DNA of 64,000 bases, taken from an uncultured Planctomycetia bacterium. Lineage in GTDB: Bacteria; Omnitrophota; Gorgyraeia; Duberdicusellales; Duberdicusellaceae. Position numbers and translations under genes: made by a program. Positions 45,815 through 55,224 of this stretch are shown piece by piece (positions within the stretch are counted from its first letter, which is position 1; each line of letters starts with the position of its first letter). The stretch covers positions 116,323 to 180,322 of the forward strand of contig CAZWJT010000003.1 of assembly GCA_964634935.1 (NCBI GenBank). Reading direction: 5' to 3'. The notes beneath the pieces were generated by a model. It searched no databases, had not been told where the DNA came from, and saw nothing but the letters and a program-made list of their open reading frames with translations.

Positions 45815-47908
45815 ATGGATTTACTCGTTCTTGCTCCAGTTGGTTCAATAATTGCCTTGGGGTTCGTTTTCTATCTCTTTGTGGCGGTTCTTAAGAAAGA
45901 TCCCGGCACAGCGACCATGCAAGAGATTGCCCGGTATGTTTCTGAGGGAGCATATGCGTATCTCAAGAGACAATATTCAGTCGTAGGAATATTTTTTGCG
46001 GTAGTTTTTATGCTTCTTCTTTGGATGGCTTCAAGGGGCTATCTGAGTTATTTTGTTCCTTTCGCTTTTTTAAGCGGGGGGTTTTTCTCCGGGCTTTCTG
46101 GTTTCATCGGAATGTCCATAGCTACCCGAGCGTCAAACCGGACCACATCCGCTGCTCGGACAAGTTTAAACGCGGCCCTGCGTGTTGCTTTTTCTGCAGG
46201 CAGTGTTATGGGTCTGGTAGTGGTTGGGCTTGGTCTTCTTGATCTCTGTATCTGGTATTATTTTCTTAATTGGTATTTTTCAGTAAATCCAATTCCTGAA
46301 GGGATGGACAAGATAGGAATTATTACTTCGACGATGCTTTGTTTTGGTATGGGTGCTTCAAGCCAAGCGCTTTTTGCCCGCGTAGGAGGCGGAATTTTTA
46401 CGAAAGCTGCTGATGTGGGAGCAGATCTTGTCGGTAAAGTAGAAGCAGGGATCCCTGAAGATGATCCGAGGAACCCGGCGGTTATTGCCGATAATGTAGG
46501 CGACAACGTTGGCGATGTCGCAGGCATGGGCGCTGATCTCTATGAATCATACGTTGGTTCAATTGTGGCGACAAGCGCATTGGGAGTTGCTGCCGGATTG
46601 GGGATTCATGGAGTCACTGTTCCCATGACTATGGCAGCAGTAGGGGTAGTTGCTTCCATTCTTGGAACTTTTTTTGTAAAGACCAAAGAAGAGGCTTCAC
46701 AGGGAGCGCTCTTAAACGCGTTAAGACGGGGAGTTTATCTCAGCGCCGTTCTTATTTTTATCGCTTCGTACTTTTTGATCCGCCAAATTTTAGGGGTTGA
46801 ACATATCGGAATCTGGTGGTCAGTTGTTGCCGGACTGTTGGCGGGTATTATTATCGGTGTTTCGACGGAATACTATACTTCTTCGCGGTATGCTCCGACA
46901 AAATCTATTGCCCAGTCTTCGATTACCGGTCCAGCGACGGTTATCATTAGCGGGATGTCTGTCGGTATGCTTTCTACGCTCATCCCGGTCGTTATTGTCG
47001 GTATCGCCGTTCTTGTTTCATTCTATCTTTCCGGGGGAACCCATAATTTTAATCTCGGTCTCTACGGAGTAGGTATCTCCGCGGTTGGGATGCTTTCAAC
47101 ATTGGGAATCACACTCGCCACCGACGCGTATGGACCGATTGCAGATAATGCCGGGGGCAATGCGGAAATGTCGCACCTTCCTCCAGAAATCAGAAAACGC
47201 ACCGATGCTCTTGACTCGCTGGGGAATACGACAGCTGCTACCGGAAAGGGCTTTGCGATTGGTTCCGCCGCTCTTACTGCACTTACCCTGATTGCTGCCT
47301 ATAAAGACCAGGTGTCAATTCTTGGTAAAGAATTAACTTTAGATATGATGAATCCCAGGATTTTGGTGGGCATGTTTATCGGGGGTATGCTTCCGTATCT
47401 TTTCTGTTCGCTTACCATGCAGGCTGTAGGACGTGCGGCTGGGAAGATTGTACTTGAGGTTCGGCGCCAGTTTAAAGAGATTCAAGGTCTTTTTGAAGGC
47501 AAAGGGAAAGCCGATTATGCCCGCTGTGTGCTCATAGCGACTTCCGCCGCTCAACATGAGATGATCCTTCCTTCGCTTATTGCGTTGCTCTCTCCAATCG
47601 TTGTCGGTATCTGCATCGGGCTTGAAGCAGAGATTGGTCTTTTAGTCGGCGCGACAGTATCTGGATTTATTCTTGCTGTGATGATGGCGAACTCCGGAGG
47701 GGCTTGGGATAACGCCAAGAAGTATATCGAAGAAGGTAACTTTGGCGGTAAAGGGTCAGGCAACCATAAGGCCGCAGTTGTTGGTGATACAGTTGGAGAT
47801 CCATTCAAAGATACATCCGGTCCATCGCTCAATATTTTGATTAAGCTTATGTCGATGGTTTCCATTGTATTTGCCGGGTTTATCATGCGCTTTACTTTCT
47901 TTAAATAA
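45815..47908 (+). CDS. hppA: Membrane-bound H+ (or Na+)-translocating pyrophosphatase
   Basis: GGIFTKAADVGADLVGKVE, DNVGDNVGD, DTVGDPFKD; 697 aa polytopic. SD AGGAGG upstream. Confidence 0.95.
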   Translation: MDLLVLAPVGSIIALGFVFYLFVAVLKKDPGTATMQEIARYVSEGAYAYLKRQYSVVGIFFAVVFMLLLWMASRGYLSYFVPFAFLSGGFFSGLSGFIGMSIATRASNRTTSAARTSLNAALRVAFSAGSVMGLVVVGLGLLDLCIWYYFLNWYFSVNPIPEGMDKIGIITSTMLCFGMGASSQALFARVGGGIFTKAADVGADLVGKVEAGIPEDDPRNPAVIADNVGDNVGDVAGMGADLYESYVGSIVATSALGVAAGLGIHGVTVPMTMAAVGVVASILGTFFVKTKEEASQGALLNALRRGVYLSAVLIFIASYFLIRQILGVEHIGIWWSVVAGLLAGIIIGVSTEYYTSSRYAPTKSIAQSSITGPATVIISGMSVGMLSTLIPVVIVGIAVLVSFYLSGGTHNFNLGLYGVGISAVGMLSTLGITLATDAYGPIADNAGGNAEMSHLPPEIRKRTDALDSLGNTTAATGKGFAIGSAALTALTLIAAYKDQVSILGKELTLDMMNPRILVGMFIGGMLPYLFCSLTMQAVGRAAGKIVLEVRRQFKEIQGLFEGKGKADYARCVLIATSAAQHEMILPSLIALLSPIVVGICIGLEAEIGLLVGATVSGFILAVMMANSGGAWDNAKKYIEEGNFGGKGSGNHKAAVVGDTVGDPFKDTSGPSLNILIKLMSMVSIVFAGFIMRFTFFK

Positions 47909-47930
47909 ATTGCAAGAGCCTCGGGTTTTC

Positions 47931-47958
47931 TTGACTTAAATTTTTTCTATGGTACAAT
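47931..47958 (+). promoter_or_regulatory. Sigma70 promoter (TTGACT-16-TACAAT) for OmpA-like lipoprotein gene
   Basis: TTGACT 47931..47936 and TACAAT 47953..47958, about 65 bp upstream of the ATG at 48022. Confidence 0.6.
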
Positions 47959-48021
47959 TGCCCACATAAAGCTGGGCTGGGCATAAAGAGTTTAGGAGTC
48001 CTGCCTAACCAGGGAAAGGAT

Positions 48022-48672
48022 ATGAAGCAGATGAAAAAGATTATTTGTATCGGCTGTATTAGTCTTTTCGTTTTTTCTCAAGGGTGCATGGTAATTTTTC
48101 AGAAAGGCCGACGTTCAGACATGGAACGTATCCAGCTTCTTGAGCAAGAGCTTGAGGAACTGCGCAATGCCAAAGATATTCTTGAGCGGAGTTTCGCCAA
48201 AGAAATTTCTGATAAAGACATCAGTATTGCTTTAACTGAAAAAGGATTAGTCATTACCATGCTTGACCGGGTGCTTTTCGATTCTGGTAAGGCGGATTTA
48301 AAAAGCGCAACTTCCCCTGTTTTAGATAAAGTTGCCAATCTTTTGCAAAACGAGGTCGCCGCATACAATGCGGGGGTTGAGGGGCATACCGATAACCAGC
48401 CCATTAAGCATTCAAAGTGGAAATCAAACTGGGAATTGTCGGCACACCGGGCTTTGAGTGTCGTCGATTATTTGATAAGCAAGGGAGTAGCCCCGGAACG
48501 CCTTTCGGCAAACGGGCATGGTGAATATAAGCCGGTATTTGAGAATACGAATGATGAAAATCGTCAGAAAAACCGGCGAGTTGAAATCGTGATTATGCCC
48601 AAATTGGTTAAGAAATCTGATGTCGCAAACCCAGGCCAGGGTGAAGATTCTGGCGAGGAGGTATTGAAATAA
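48022..48672 (+). CDS. OmpA/MotB C-terminal domain lipoprotein with coiled-coil segment
   Basis: Lipobox ...FSQGC. OmpA-like domain (GHTDNQP, NWELSAHRALSVVDYL). Strong promoter upstream. Confidence 0.7.
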   Translation: MKQMKKIICIGCISLFVFSQGCMVIFQKGRRSDMERIQLLEQELEELRNAKDILERSFAKEISDKDISIALTEKGLVITMLDRVLFDSGKADLKSATSPVLDKVANLLQNEVAAYNAGVEGHTDNQPIKHSKWKSNWELSAHRALSVVDYLISKGVAPERLSANGHGEYKPVFENTNDENRQKNRRVEIVIMPKLVKKSDVANPGQGEDSGEEVLK

Positions 48673-48673
48673 T

Positions 48674-49015
48674 ATGCGTGATTATCCAATAGTCGGAATT
48701 CTTGCTGGAGTCATAGTTATCCTGATTATTATCATCGTTTCTTTGGCGATACAGATGAATAACACATCCACGGTGTATCTGCAGGTATCAAAAATCAAGA
48801 TGTCTTTGGAAGAAGAACTCAAGAATGCCCGCGAAGAACTGTCGTTGGTCCGGCAAGACAAGGATGATTTGATCAAGCAGCTTAAAGAGCGTGAGTCCCA
48901 GCTGAAATCAAAAGACGAAACTATAGTATTTCTGAGCGAAGAAGTGAAGAAGCTGAACAAAGCAAAGGACAACCTCGAGAGTAATTTGAAAGAAAACTTG
49001 CTGAAAAGCAGATAA
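48674..49015 (+). CDS. Hypothetical single-TM coiled-coil protein
   Basis: N-terminal TM (IVGILAGVIVILIIIIVSLAI) followed by a heptad-like charged coiled coil. Followed by a terminator. Confidence 0.4.
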   Translation: MRDYPIVGILAGVIVILIIIIVSLAIQMNNTSTVYLQVSKIKMSLEEELKNAREELSLVRQDKDDLIKQLKERESQLKSKDETIVFLSEEVKKLNKAKDNLESNLKENLLKSR

Positions 49016-49037
49016 CTATTCACACATATGGATACTT

Positions 49038-49067
49038 CATGGGGGCCTTCAAGCCCCCATGTTTTTT
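49038..49067 (+). terminator. Rho-independent terminator
   Basis: Perfect 9 bp stem CATGGGGGC / GCCCCCATG (49038..49046 and 49053..49061) with loop CTTCAA, followed by TTTTTT (49062..49067). Confidence 0.8.
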
Positions 49068-49085
49068 ACTGAACCACAAAAACGC

Positions 49086-49796
49086 ATGCAGCATATTCCA
49101 CACCATCTTGCGATTATCATGGACGGGAATGGCCGTTGGGCAAAAGAACGTAATTTGCCTCGCATTGAAGGACACAGGCGCGGTATTGAAAATGTCCGTA
49201 CGATAACGACTGCTGCGCAGAAGCGAGGAGTAAAAATTCTTACGTTATTTGCATTTTCGACCGAGAATTGGTCGCGGCCAAAATCAGAGGTTCATATGTT
49301 GTTACAGGAACTTGATGTGTACTTGACCCGAGAACTGAATACGTTTTTGAAAAATAACATTTGGTGCCATATGCTGGGGAGAAAAGAACCTTTTCCAGAG
49401 CAGCTCTGGGCAAAAATGAAGAATACCGAGGAAAAGACCAAGCCCAATTCGACGTTTACTTTAAATTTAGCCTTAAACTATGGGGGGAGGGCGGAGATCG
49501 TTGACGCCTGCAGAAAGTACGCGAAAGATATTTTTGAGGGGAAAAGAACGATCGAAGAATTGGATGAACAAATATTTTGTCAGTATCTCTATGCCCCGGA
49601 AATACCTGATCCGGATCTTTTAATCAGGACTTCCGGCGAACAAAGAATAAGTAACTTTTTACTCTGGGAGCTTGCGTACTCAGAGTTTTATTTTGTTTCC
49701 AAATACTGGCCCGATTTTTCTGAAAGAGACCTTGATGATGCTTTTCTCGCTTTTGCCAGTCGGCAAAGGCGTTTTGGAGGTATTCAGGAAACGTAA
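49086..49796 (+). CDS. uppS: Undecaprenyl pyrophosphate synthase (cis-prenyltransferase)
   Basis: HLAIIMDGNGRWAKERNLP, FSTENW, RTSGEQRISNFLLWELAYSEFYF. Start set downstream of the terminator; the ORF track's ATG at 49059 lies inside the hairpin. Confidence 0.9.
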   Translation: MQHIPHHLAIIMDGNGRWAKERNLPRIEGHRRGIENVRTITTAAQKRGVKILTLFAFSTENWSRPKSEVHMLLQELDVYLTRELNTFLKNNIWCHMLGRKEPFPEQLWAKMKNTEEKTKPNSTFTLNLALNYGGRAEIVDACRKYAKDIFEGKRTIEELDEQIFCQYLYAPEIPDPDLLIRTSGEQRISNFLLWELAYSEFYFVSKYWPDFSERDLDDAFLAFASRQRRFGGIQET

Positions 49797-49807
49797 AAAG
49801 GAAATCC

Positions 49808-50614
49808 ATGGGTAAGCGAGCGTTTAGTTCTTTAGTGCTATCCGGGGTTATCGCCGCGGCGGTATTTTCTTATACCCTTTGTTTTATTTTTCTTTTGACT
49901 TTTATTCTCATCGCGCTCTGGGAATTTTTCGGGATGATTGAAAAGAAAGGCGTGCGCCTTTTTAAAGGCTTTGGGTTGGTTCTTGGAGCCGTAATCCCCT
50001 TGTCGATCTGTTTTAAATTTCCAGTTACTGTTGAGTGGCAGTTTATCTTTATTCTTGCCGCGCTCTTTACCCTCTTTATCCTGGAGCTTTCCCGGAAAGA
50101 AAATCACCAAACGGTTCTTTCGATCTCCGCGACACTTTTCGGAGTTATTTATATTTCGTGGTGCTTAAGTTTCTTGATACGCCTGCGTCAGCTCCCGGGA
50201 GGAGCAGAACTTCTTCTATTTCTTCTTGTAGTCATTAAGGCTTCAGATTTGGGTGCTTATCTGGTGGGGACGGCTTTTGGCCGTACGCCCCTTCTCAAGC
50301 GGGTGAGTCCTCATAAATCGCTGGAAGGCGCTCTCGGTGGTTTTCTGTTGAGCGTGCTTTTAGGGATTGCGTTACATACAACTGCCCGTTTTGGAAATCT
50401 TTGGCAAACGATTTTCATCTCGGCCATTTTAGGGATTTTAAGCCAGTTGGGCGATTTATTTGAATCCTTGCTGAAGCGCGACTGCGGAGTGAAAGATTCT
50501 TGGAGAATCATTCCCGGGATGGGAGGGATTCTCGACGTAGTCGATAGTATCATTTTTGGTGCTCCCGCATTCTATCTGTATATTACCATGGTAAGACCAA
50601 TAGTCGGATCATGA
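49808..50614 (+). CDS. cdsA: Phosphatidate cytidylyltransferase
   Basis: C-terminal CdsA signature (SLLKRDCGVKDSWRIIPGMGGILDVVDS). Confidence 0.9.
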   Translation: MGKRAFSSLVLSGVIAAAVFSYTLCFIFLLTFILIALWEFFGMIEKKGVRLFKGFGLVLGAVIPLSICFKFPVTVEWQFIFILAALFTLFILELSRKENHQTVLSISATLFGVIYISWCLSFLIRLRQLPGGAELLLFLLVVIKASDLGAYLVGTAFGRTPLLKRVSPHKSLEGALGGFLLSVLLGIALHTTARFGNLWQTIFISAILGILSQLGDLFESLLKRDCGVKDSWRIIPGMGGILDVVDSIIFGAPAFYLYITMVRPIVGS

Positions 50615-51753
50615 AAAACGTTATTGTTCTTGGTTCAACGGGTTCGATCGGCAAGAGCACGTTAGATATTATTCGTCGTAATCCGGATGATTTTAACATT
50701 ATCGGTCTTTCTTCACATTCAAACTGCTCAGAGCTTCTCCGCCAGGCGGATGAATTCCATCCGGATGTAATTGCGTTATCAGGTTCTTCCCGGGTTCATC
50801 TCAGGCGTGATCGCGGTCGTTGGAAAATACTGAGAGGATCGGATGGCTTACTCGAGCTTGCGGGGATGCCTGCGGATATTTTGGTCTGTGGAATCAGCGG
50901 GTTGGCGGCGCTTCGGCCGCTTTTTGCTTGCGCCGGAAAGACCAAAAGGGTTTTGCTCGCGAACAAGGAGGCGATTATTTCCTGCGGAGAACTTCTGAAG
51001 AAACAGTTTCGGAAGACCCGCACCGAACTTATTTCGGTTGATAGCGAAGCGAATTCACTTTTCCAGATTTTCCAATGTATTCCGCGCGATCAACTCCGCA
51101 CAGTGTGTATCACGGCTTCCGGGGGGCCGTTGCGGCTTCTGGCTCAGAATAAGATAGATTCGCTTCCGATAAAAACGATACTTCAACATCCTCGGTGGAG
51201 CATGGGGAAGAAAATTACTATTGACTCAGCGACTTTAGTGAATAAGGGGTTTGAGGTAATGGAGATAAGCCAGTTATTCGACATTTCCTTGAAGCAGATT
51301 TCCATTGTTGTGCATCCTCAGTCAATCGTCCATTCACTTATTGAGACTGTTGACGGCAGGATGGTTGCTTCTCTTTTCCAAACGGATATGCGTATCCCCA
51401 TCAGCTATTCGCTCTATTACCCACAAGTAAATAAATACAGCCAATATTTGGATTTGACAAAGATTCAGAGCCTATCTTTTGAAAAACCAGACTACCAAAA
51501 GTTTCCTTCTTTAAAACTTGCGTTAGAGGTTGCCCGCGTTGGGAAGTCTCTCCCTGCGGTTTTTGTCGCCGCTGATGAAGTTGCGGTTGAATTGTATTTA
51601 GCAAAACGAATACGGTTTTCACAAATTCACCAGATACTTGAAAAGGTAGTGGCGGTGCATAAGCCGGTCGACTATCATTCTGCAGAAGAAATTATCGCAC
51701 AGGCGGCGTGGGCAAAAAGAAAGGCATTTGAATACACAGAGAGGGGACACTGA
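50611..51753 (+). CDS. dxr: 1-deoxy-D-xylulose 5-phosphate reductoisomerase
   Basis: VIVLGSTGSIGKSTLDII, LANKE, and further Dxr motifs. Confidence 0.9.
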   Translation: MKNVIVLGSTGSIGKSTLDIIRRNPDDFNIIGLSSHSNCSELLRQADEFHPDVIALSGSSRVHLRRDRGRWKILRGSDGLLELAGMPADILVCGISGLAALRPLFACAGKTKRVLLANKEAIISCGELLKKQFRKTRTELISVDSEANSLFQIFQCIPRDQLRTVCITASGGPLRLLAQNKIDSLPIKTILQHPRWSMGKKITIDSATLVNKGFEVMEISQLFDISLKQISIVVHPQSIVHSLIETVDGRMVASLFQTDMRIPISYSLYYPQVNKYSQYLDLTKIQSLSFEKPDYQKFPSLKLALEVARVGKSLPAVFVAADEVAVELYLAKRIRFSQIHQILEKVVAVHKPVDYHSAEEIIAQAAWAKRKAFEYTERGH

Positions 51754-52871
51754 TGTTTATATCAATCGTAACTTTTGTTCTGGTTTTAAGCACGCTTATC
51801 GTTATCCATGAATACGGACATTTTATTGTGGCCAGAAAATTGGGGATTCGGGTTGAGAAATTTTCAATCGGGTTTGGTCCAGTTTTATTCCGGCGCATGC
51901 TTGGCGATCTTGAATTTCTAATTTGTGTTGTTCCTCTCGGCGGTTATGTAAAACTCGCTGGAGAAAATGCTCAAGAATGCAAAGGATCCACGGGAGAATT
52001 TTTTCATCAGCCCGTTGGAAAACGGTTCCAGGTTATTGCCGCCGGTCCATTCTTCAACTATATTCTTGCTTGGCTTCTTTTTATCGCGGTATTTTTTGTG
52101 GGATTTCCGGTTCCAACCGCAAAAGTAAAAGATGTTCTCGACGAGTATCCTGCAAAAGCAGCTGGGATACTGCCTGGGGATATTATTACTGCTGTAGATG
52201 GCCGGGCTATTTCTAATTGGGAAGAAATGACAAAAATTATTCACACGTTTCCAGGGGATAATCTGGAAATCAAGGTATCCAGGCAAGGTCAAGAGAAAGT
52301 GTTTAATCTCATCCCGAAAAAAGTTTCGATGAAAACTATTACCGGAAAGACTGCTTCCATTGTTCTTGTGGGGGTTACGCCTTCCGAGGAAACAGTTACC
52401 GTGCGGTTCGGTATCGGGAAAAGCATTGTGATGGCAGCTCAACGGGTAGTTGATCTCACCTGGCTTACTCTCCAGGCGCTTTTTTTCATTATGACCGGGG
52501 TTTTATCATTTCGGGAATCTGTTTCCGGACCTCTCGGCATTTTTGTTATTACTGCTCAGGCAGCACAGATCGGTCTTCTTGCGGTTATTCATCTTACGGC
52601 GGTGTTAAGTTTGAGCCTGGCTGTATTTAATTTCTTACCTTTGCCTATTCTCGATGGAGGGCATCTTTTCTTCTTGGTTCTTGAAAAAATCAGGAAGAAG
52701 GCTTTATCTTTGCGTACTGAGGAAATTGTGAACCGCGTCGGGATTGCTCTCCTTTCCATCCTGATTATTTTCACATTCTATGCGGACATACGCAAATTTG
52801 GACCTAAGTTTTTCCGCCAGAAAGAAAAACAGAATACAGAGATAAAGGCAGATTCTCCAGTGGAACAGTAA
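51753..52871 (+). CDS. rseP: RIP zinc metalloprotease RseP (site-2 protease with PDZ)
   Basis: HEYGHFIVARKLG (HExxH), a PDZ segment, and LAVFNFLPLPILDGGH (LDG motif). Confidence 0.9.
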   Translation: MFISIVTFVLVLSTLIVIHEYGHFIVARKLGIRVEKFSIGFGPVLFRRMLGDLEFLICVVPLGGYVKLAGENAQECKGSTGEFFHQPVGKRFQVIAAGPFFNYILAWLLFIAVFFVGFPVPTAKVKDVLDEYPAKAAGILPGDIITAVDGRAISNWEEMTKIIHTFPGDNLEIKVSRQGQEKVFNLIPKKVSMKTITGKTASIVLVGVTPSEETVTVRFGIGKSIVMAAQRVVDLTWLTLQALFFIMTGVLSFRESVSGPLGIFVITAQAAQIGLLAVIHLTAVLSLSLAVFNFLPLPILDGGHLFFLVLEKIRKKALSLRTEEIVNRVGIALLSILIIFTFYADIRKFGPKFFRQKEKQNTEIKADSPVEQ

Positions 52872-52873
52872 CC

Positions 52874-53953
52874 ATGAAGAGACCAAGAGTAGTCTCAATT
52901 GGCCGGGTTAAAGTCGGTGGAGCCCATCCGGTTTCCATCCAATCGATGGTAAAGACTCACGTCGAGAATATTCCCGGGGTTTTAAAAGAAGTTCAACGGC
53001 TGAAAGATGCTGGTTGTGAGATTTTACGCTTTGCGGTTGAACGAGAGGAGAGCGCTTCGCTCATCACGAGAATTAAAGAAAAAATAGATATACCAGTTGA
53101 AGCGGATGTTCATTTTGACGCAAAACTTGGGCTGCAGGCTTTATCCGCTGGGGCGGATGCGGTGCGGCTCAATCCGATGAATATCAAAAAACAGAAAGAT
53201 ATTCTGCGGGTCGCGGCATTGGCGTCAAAACTAAAAAAACCGATCCGGGTTGGGATTAACTCAGGAGGATTTTCTCAGAAACTTTCAGAAAAGGAGCTTG
53301 CCTGGGCGATGGTGCGTCGAGTATCGGGGTATATAAAGCTTTTGGAACGGATAGAGTTTTATGATATAATACTATCGTTAAAAGCCTCTTCCACGCAATG
53401 CACTGTTTTAGCCAATAGGTTTGCGTCACGCGAATTTCCTTATCCTTTGCATTTAGGAGTTACAGCGACAGGGCCAAAGGAAAATGGCATTGTAAAGTCA
53501 GCAATTGCCTTAGGGACGCTTCTTTCTGAGGGCGTTGGTAATACGATACGGATTTCGCTCAACAGTGTTTCGATTGAAGAGGTGCGAATTGCCAAACTTA
53601 TTTTACAGTCGTTGCATCTGCGTGTTTTTTTCCCAGAAATTATCTCCTGTCCGACGTGTTCTCGTTGTAGGGTAGATTTAATAACTATGGTTGAGCGGTT
53701 TCAGAAGATGGTTGAAGCGTTGCCGCCAATCTCCGTTCCGCTTACTGTGGCACTCATGGGATGTCCAGTGAATGGTCCAGGAGAAGCTGCCCAAGCTGAT
53801 TTTGGATGTGCATTTGGCAGGGGTTTTGCCGCTTTTTTCAGAAAGGGGAAGATTGTAAGAAGGATTGCCGCAGAAAGCGCGCTGGAAGTTCTTTACCAGA
53901 CACTCAAAGAACAGGTTCAGGTTTTGAATTCACAGGGCAGAACAAACTCATAG
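52874..53953 (+). CDS. ispG: 4-hydroxy-3-methylbut-2-enyl diphosphate synthase
   Basis: SIQSM, and the C-terminal Fe-S cysteines (CPTCSRC ... GCPVNG). Confidence 0.9.
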   Translation: MKRPRVVSIGRVKVGGAHPVSIQSMVKTHVENIPGVLKEVQRLKDAGCEILRFAVEREESASLITRIKEKIDIPVEADVHFDAKLGLQALSAGADAVRLNPMNIKKQKDILRVAALASKLKKPIRVGINSGGFSQKLSEKELAWAMVRRVSGYIKLLERIEFYDIILSLKASSTQCTVLANRFASREFPYPLHLGVTATGPKENGIVKSAIALGTLLSEGVGNTIRISLNSVSIEEVRIAKLILQSLHLRVFFPEIISCPTCSRCRVDLITMVERFQKMVEALPPISVPLTVALMGCPVNGPGEAAQADFGCAFGRGFAAFFRKGKIVRRIAAESALEVLYQTLKEQVQVLNSQGRTNS

Positions 53954-53961
53954 AAGAAAAT

Positions 53962-55224
53962 ATGGACAAAAAAGAGATTAAAAAGATTATTCGAGAACGG
54001 CTCTTTCTTGATTACGGGAAGAATTTGAATCTTGAATCGATTCAGCAGCAAGAATTATTACAGCGGATAGATTATATCTACGAATATTTAGAAAAAGAGC
54101 GGAATGTTAAACTTACTCAGAAAGAGCGGTCTGGGTTAAGTGACGAGTTAAAGGATGAATTGTTCGGTTGGGGTCCTCTTGAAGCTCTCATGGCCGATAA
54201 AGAGGTTACCGAAATAATGATTAATGGGCCCTTTACTGTTTATATTGAGAAAAATGGCCATAAGGTTCTTACTGATGTCATGTTTGATGATGAACCCCAC
54301 TTGCGTTATACCGTCGATAAAATGCTGACTCCTACGGGCAGGCGCGTCGATGAATCCTACCCGTACGTGGATTTTTCTTTGAGCGATGGTTCCAGAGTAA
54401 ACGTGATTATCCCTCCGGTTTCAGCAAGCGGGACAGTGGTTACCATTCGAAAGTTTCTTGCTTCTCTCGACATGATCGATGATCTGGTGAAACTCGGCAC
54501 GCTTGATGCGCGAATGGGTGATTTTCTGAGTGCGTGTGTGCGGGCAAAAGTAAATATGATTTTTTCAGGTGCTACCGGGTGTGGAAAAACAACAACTCTC
54601 GAAGTATTGTCATCGTGCATCGGAGAAGAAGAGAGGATTGTTACTATTGAAGATGCGTTAGAATTACATTTACGCCAAAAGCACGTCGTACGTCTTCTCA
54701 CCCGCCCTCATAATATCGAGGGGAAAGGTTCTGTGTCGATTCGCGACCTTTTTATTAACACGTTACGAATGAGACCAATGAGGATTATTTTAGGAGAAAT
54801 CCGCGGCCAAGAATCCCTTGATTATCTGCAGGCGTTAAACAGTGGTCATCGTGGTTCGCTGGCGGTTATTCACGCTTCATCCCCGGAAGACGTAGTAACG
54901 CGTCTTGAAACGATGGTGTTTTATTCCAGCGTCAGTCTTCCCCTTTGGGCGATCCGCAAACAGATTTCGCAGGGTCTCGATTTGATTGTTCAGCAGGAAC
55001 AACTGGTTGATGGTTCAAGAAAGATTACTAGAATTAGCGAAGTAGGAGAGCTGCAGGATAACTCAGTGATTGATATCCGGGATATTTTTGTCTATGAAAA
55101 AGAAGGGGTTGATTCTTCGGGTAAAGTGAAAGGTGTTTTTAAAAGCACCGGGATTATCCCTTCTTTCCTCCCTCTTTTTAAACAGAGCGGGGTTTCCATT
55201 GATCAAAAGATTTTTAAAGAGTAA
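53962..55224 (+). CDS. CpaF/TadA-family secretion ATPase (type II/IV secretion NTPase), orphan
   Basis: EIMINGP, Walker A FSGATGCGKTTTL, and the E-block/His box of VirB11-like ATPases. Start is the ATG at 53962, after the ispG stop. Confidence 0.8.
   Translation: MDKKEIKKIIRERLFLDYGKNLNLESIQQQELLQRIDYIYEYLEKERNVKLTQKERSGLSDELKDELFGWGPLEALMADKEVTEIMINGPFTVYIEKNGHKVLTDVMFDDEPHLRYTVDKMLTPTGRRVDESYPYVDFSLSDGSRVNVIIPPVSASGTVVTIRKFLASLDMIDDLVKLGTLDARMGDFLSACVRAKVNMIFSGATGCGKTTTLEVLSSCIGEEERIVTIEDALELHLRQKHVVRLLTRPHNIEGKGSVSIRDLFINTLRMRPMRIILGEIRGQESLDYLQALNSGHRGSLAVIHASSPEDVVTRLETMVFYSSVSLPLWAIRKQISQGLDLIVQQEQLVDGSRKITRISEVGELQDNSVIDIRDIFVYEKEGVDSSGKVKGVFKSTGIIPSFLPLFKQSGVSIDQKIFKE

Noticed and set aside
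46480-46530. Short tandem nucleotide repetition that might resemble a repeat array.
   Set aside because: It encodes the conserved DNVGDNVGD motif of the H+-PPase, so it is coding-sequence repetition, not a CRISPR or VNTR.
47911-47930. Possible terminator hairpin after hppA (GCAAGAGCCTCGGGTTTTC).
   Set aside because: The arms do not pair convincingly (no at least 5 bp perfect stem). The T-run is better explained as the spacer/UP region of the downstream TTGACT-TACAAT promoter.
49059-49085. Upstream ATG at 49059 given by the ORF track as the uppS start.
   Set aside because: That ATG lies inside the right arm of the terminator hairpin (49053..49061). The ATG at 49086 gives the canonical UppS N-terminus (MQHIPHHLAIIMDGNGRW).
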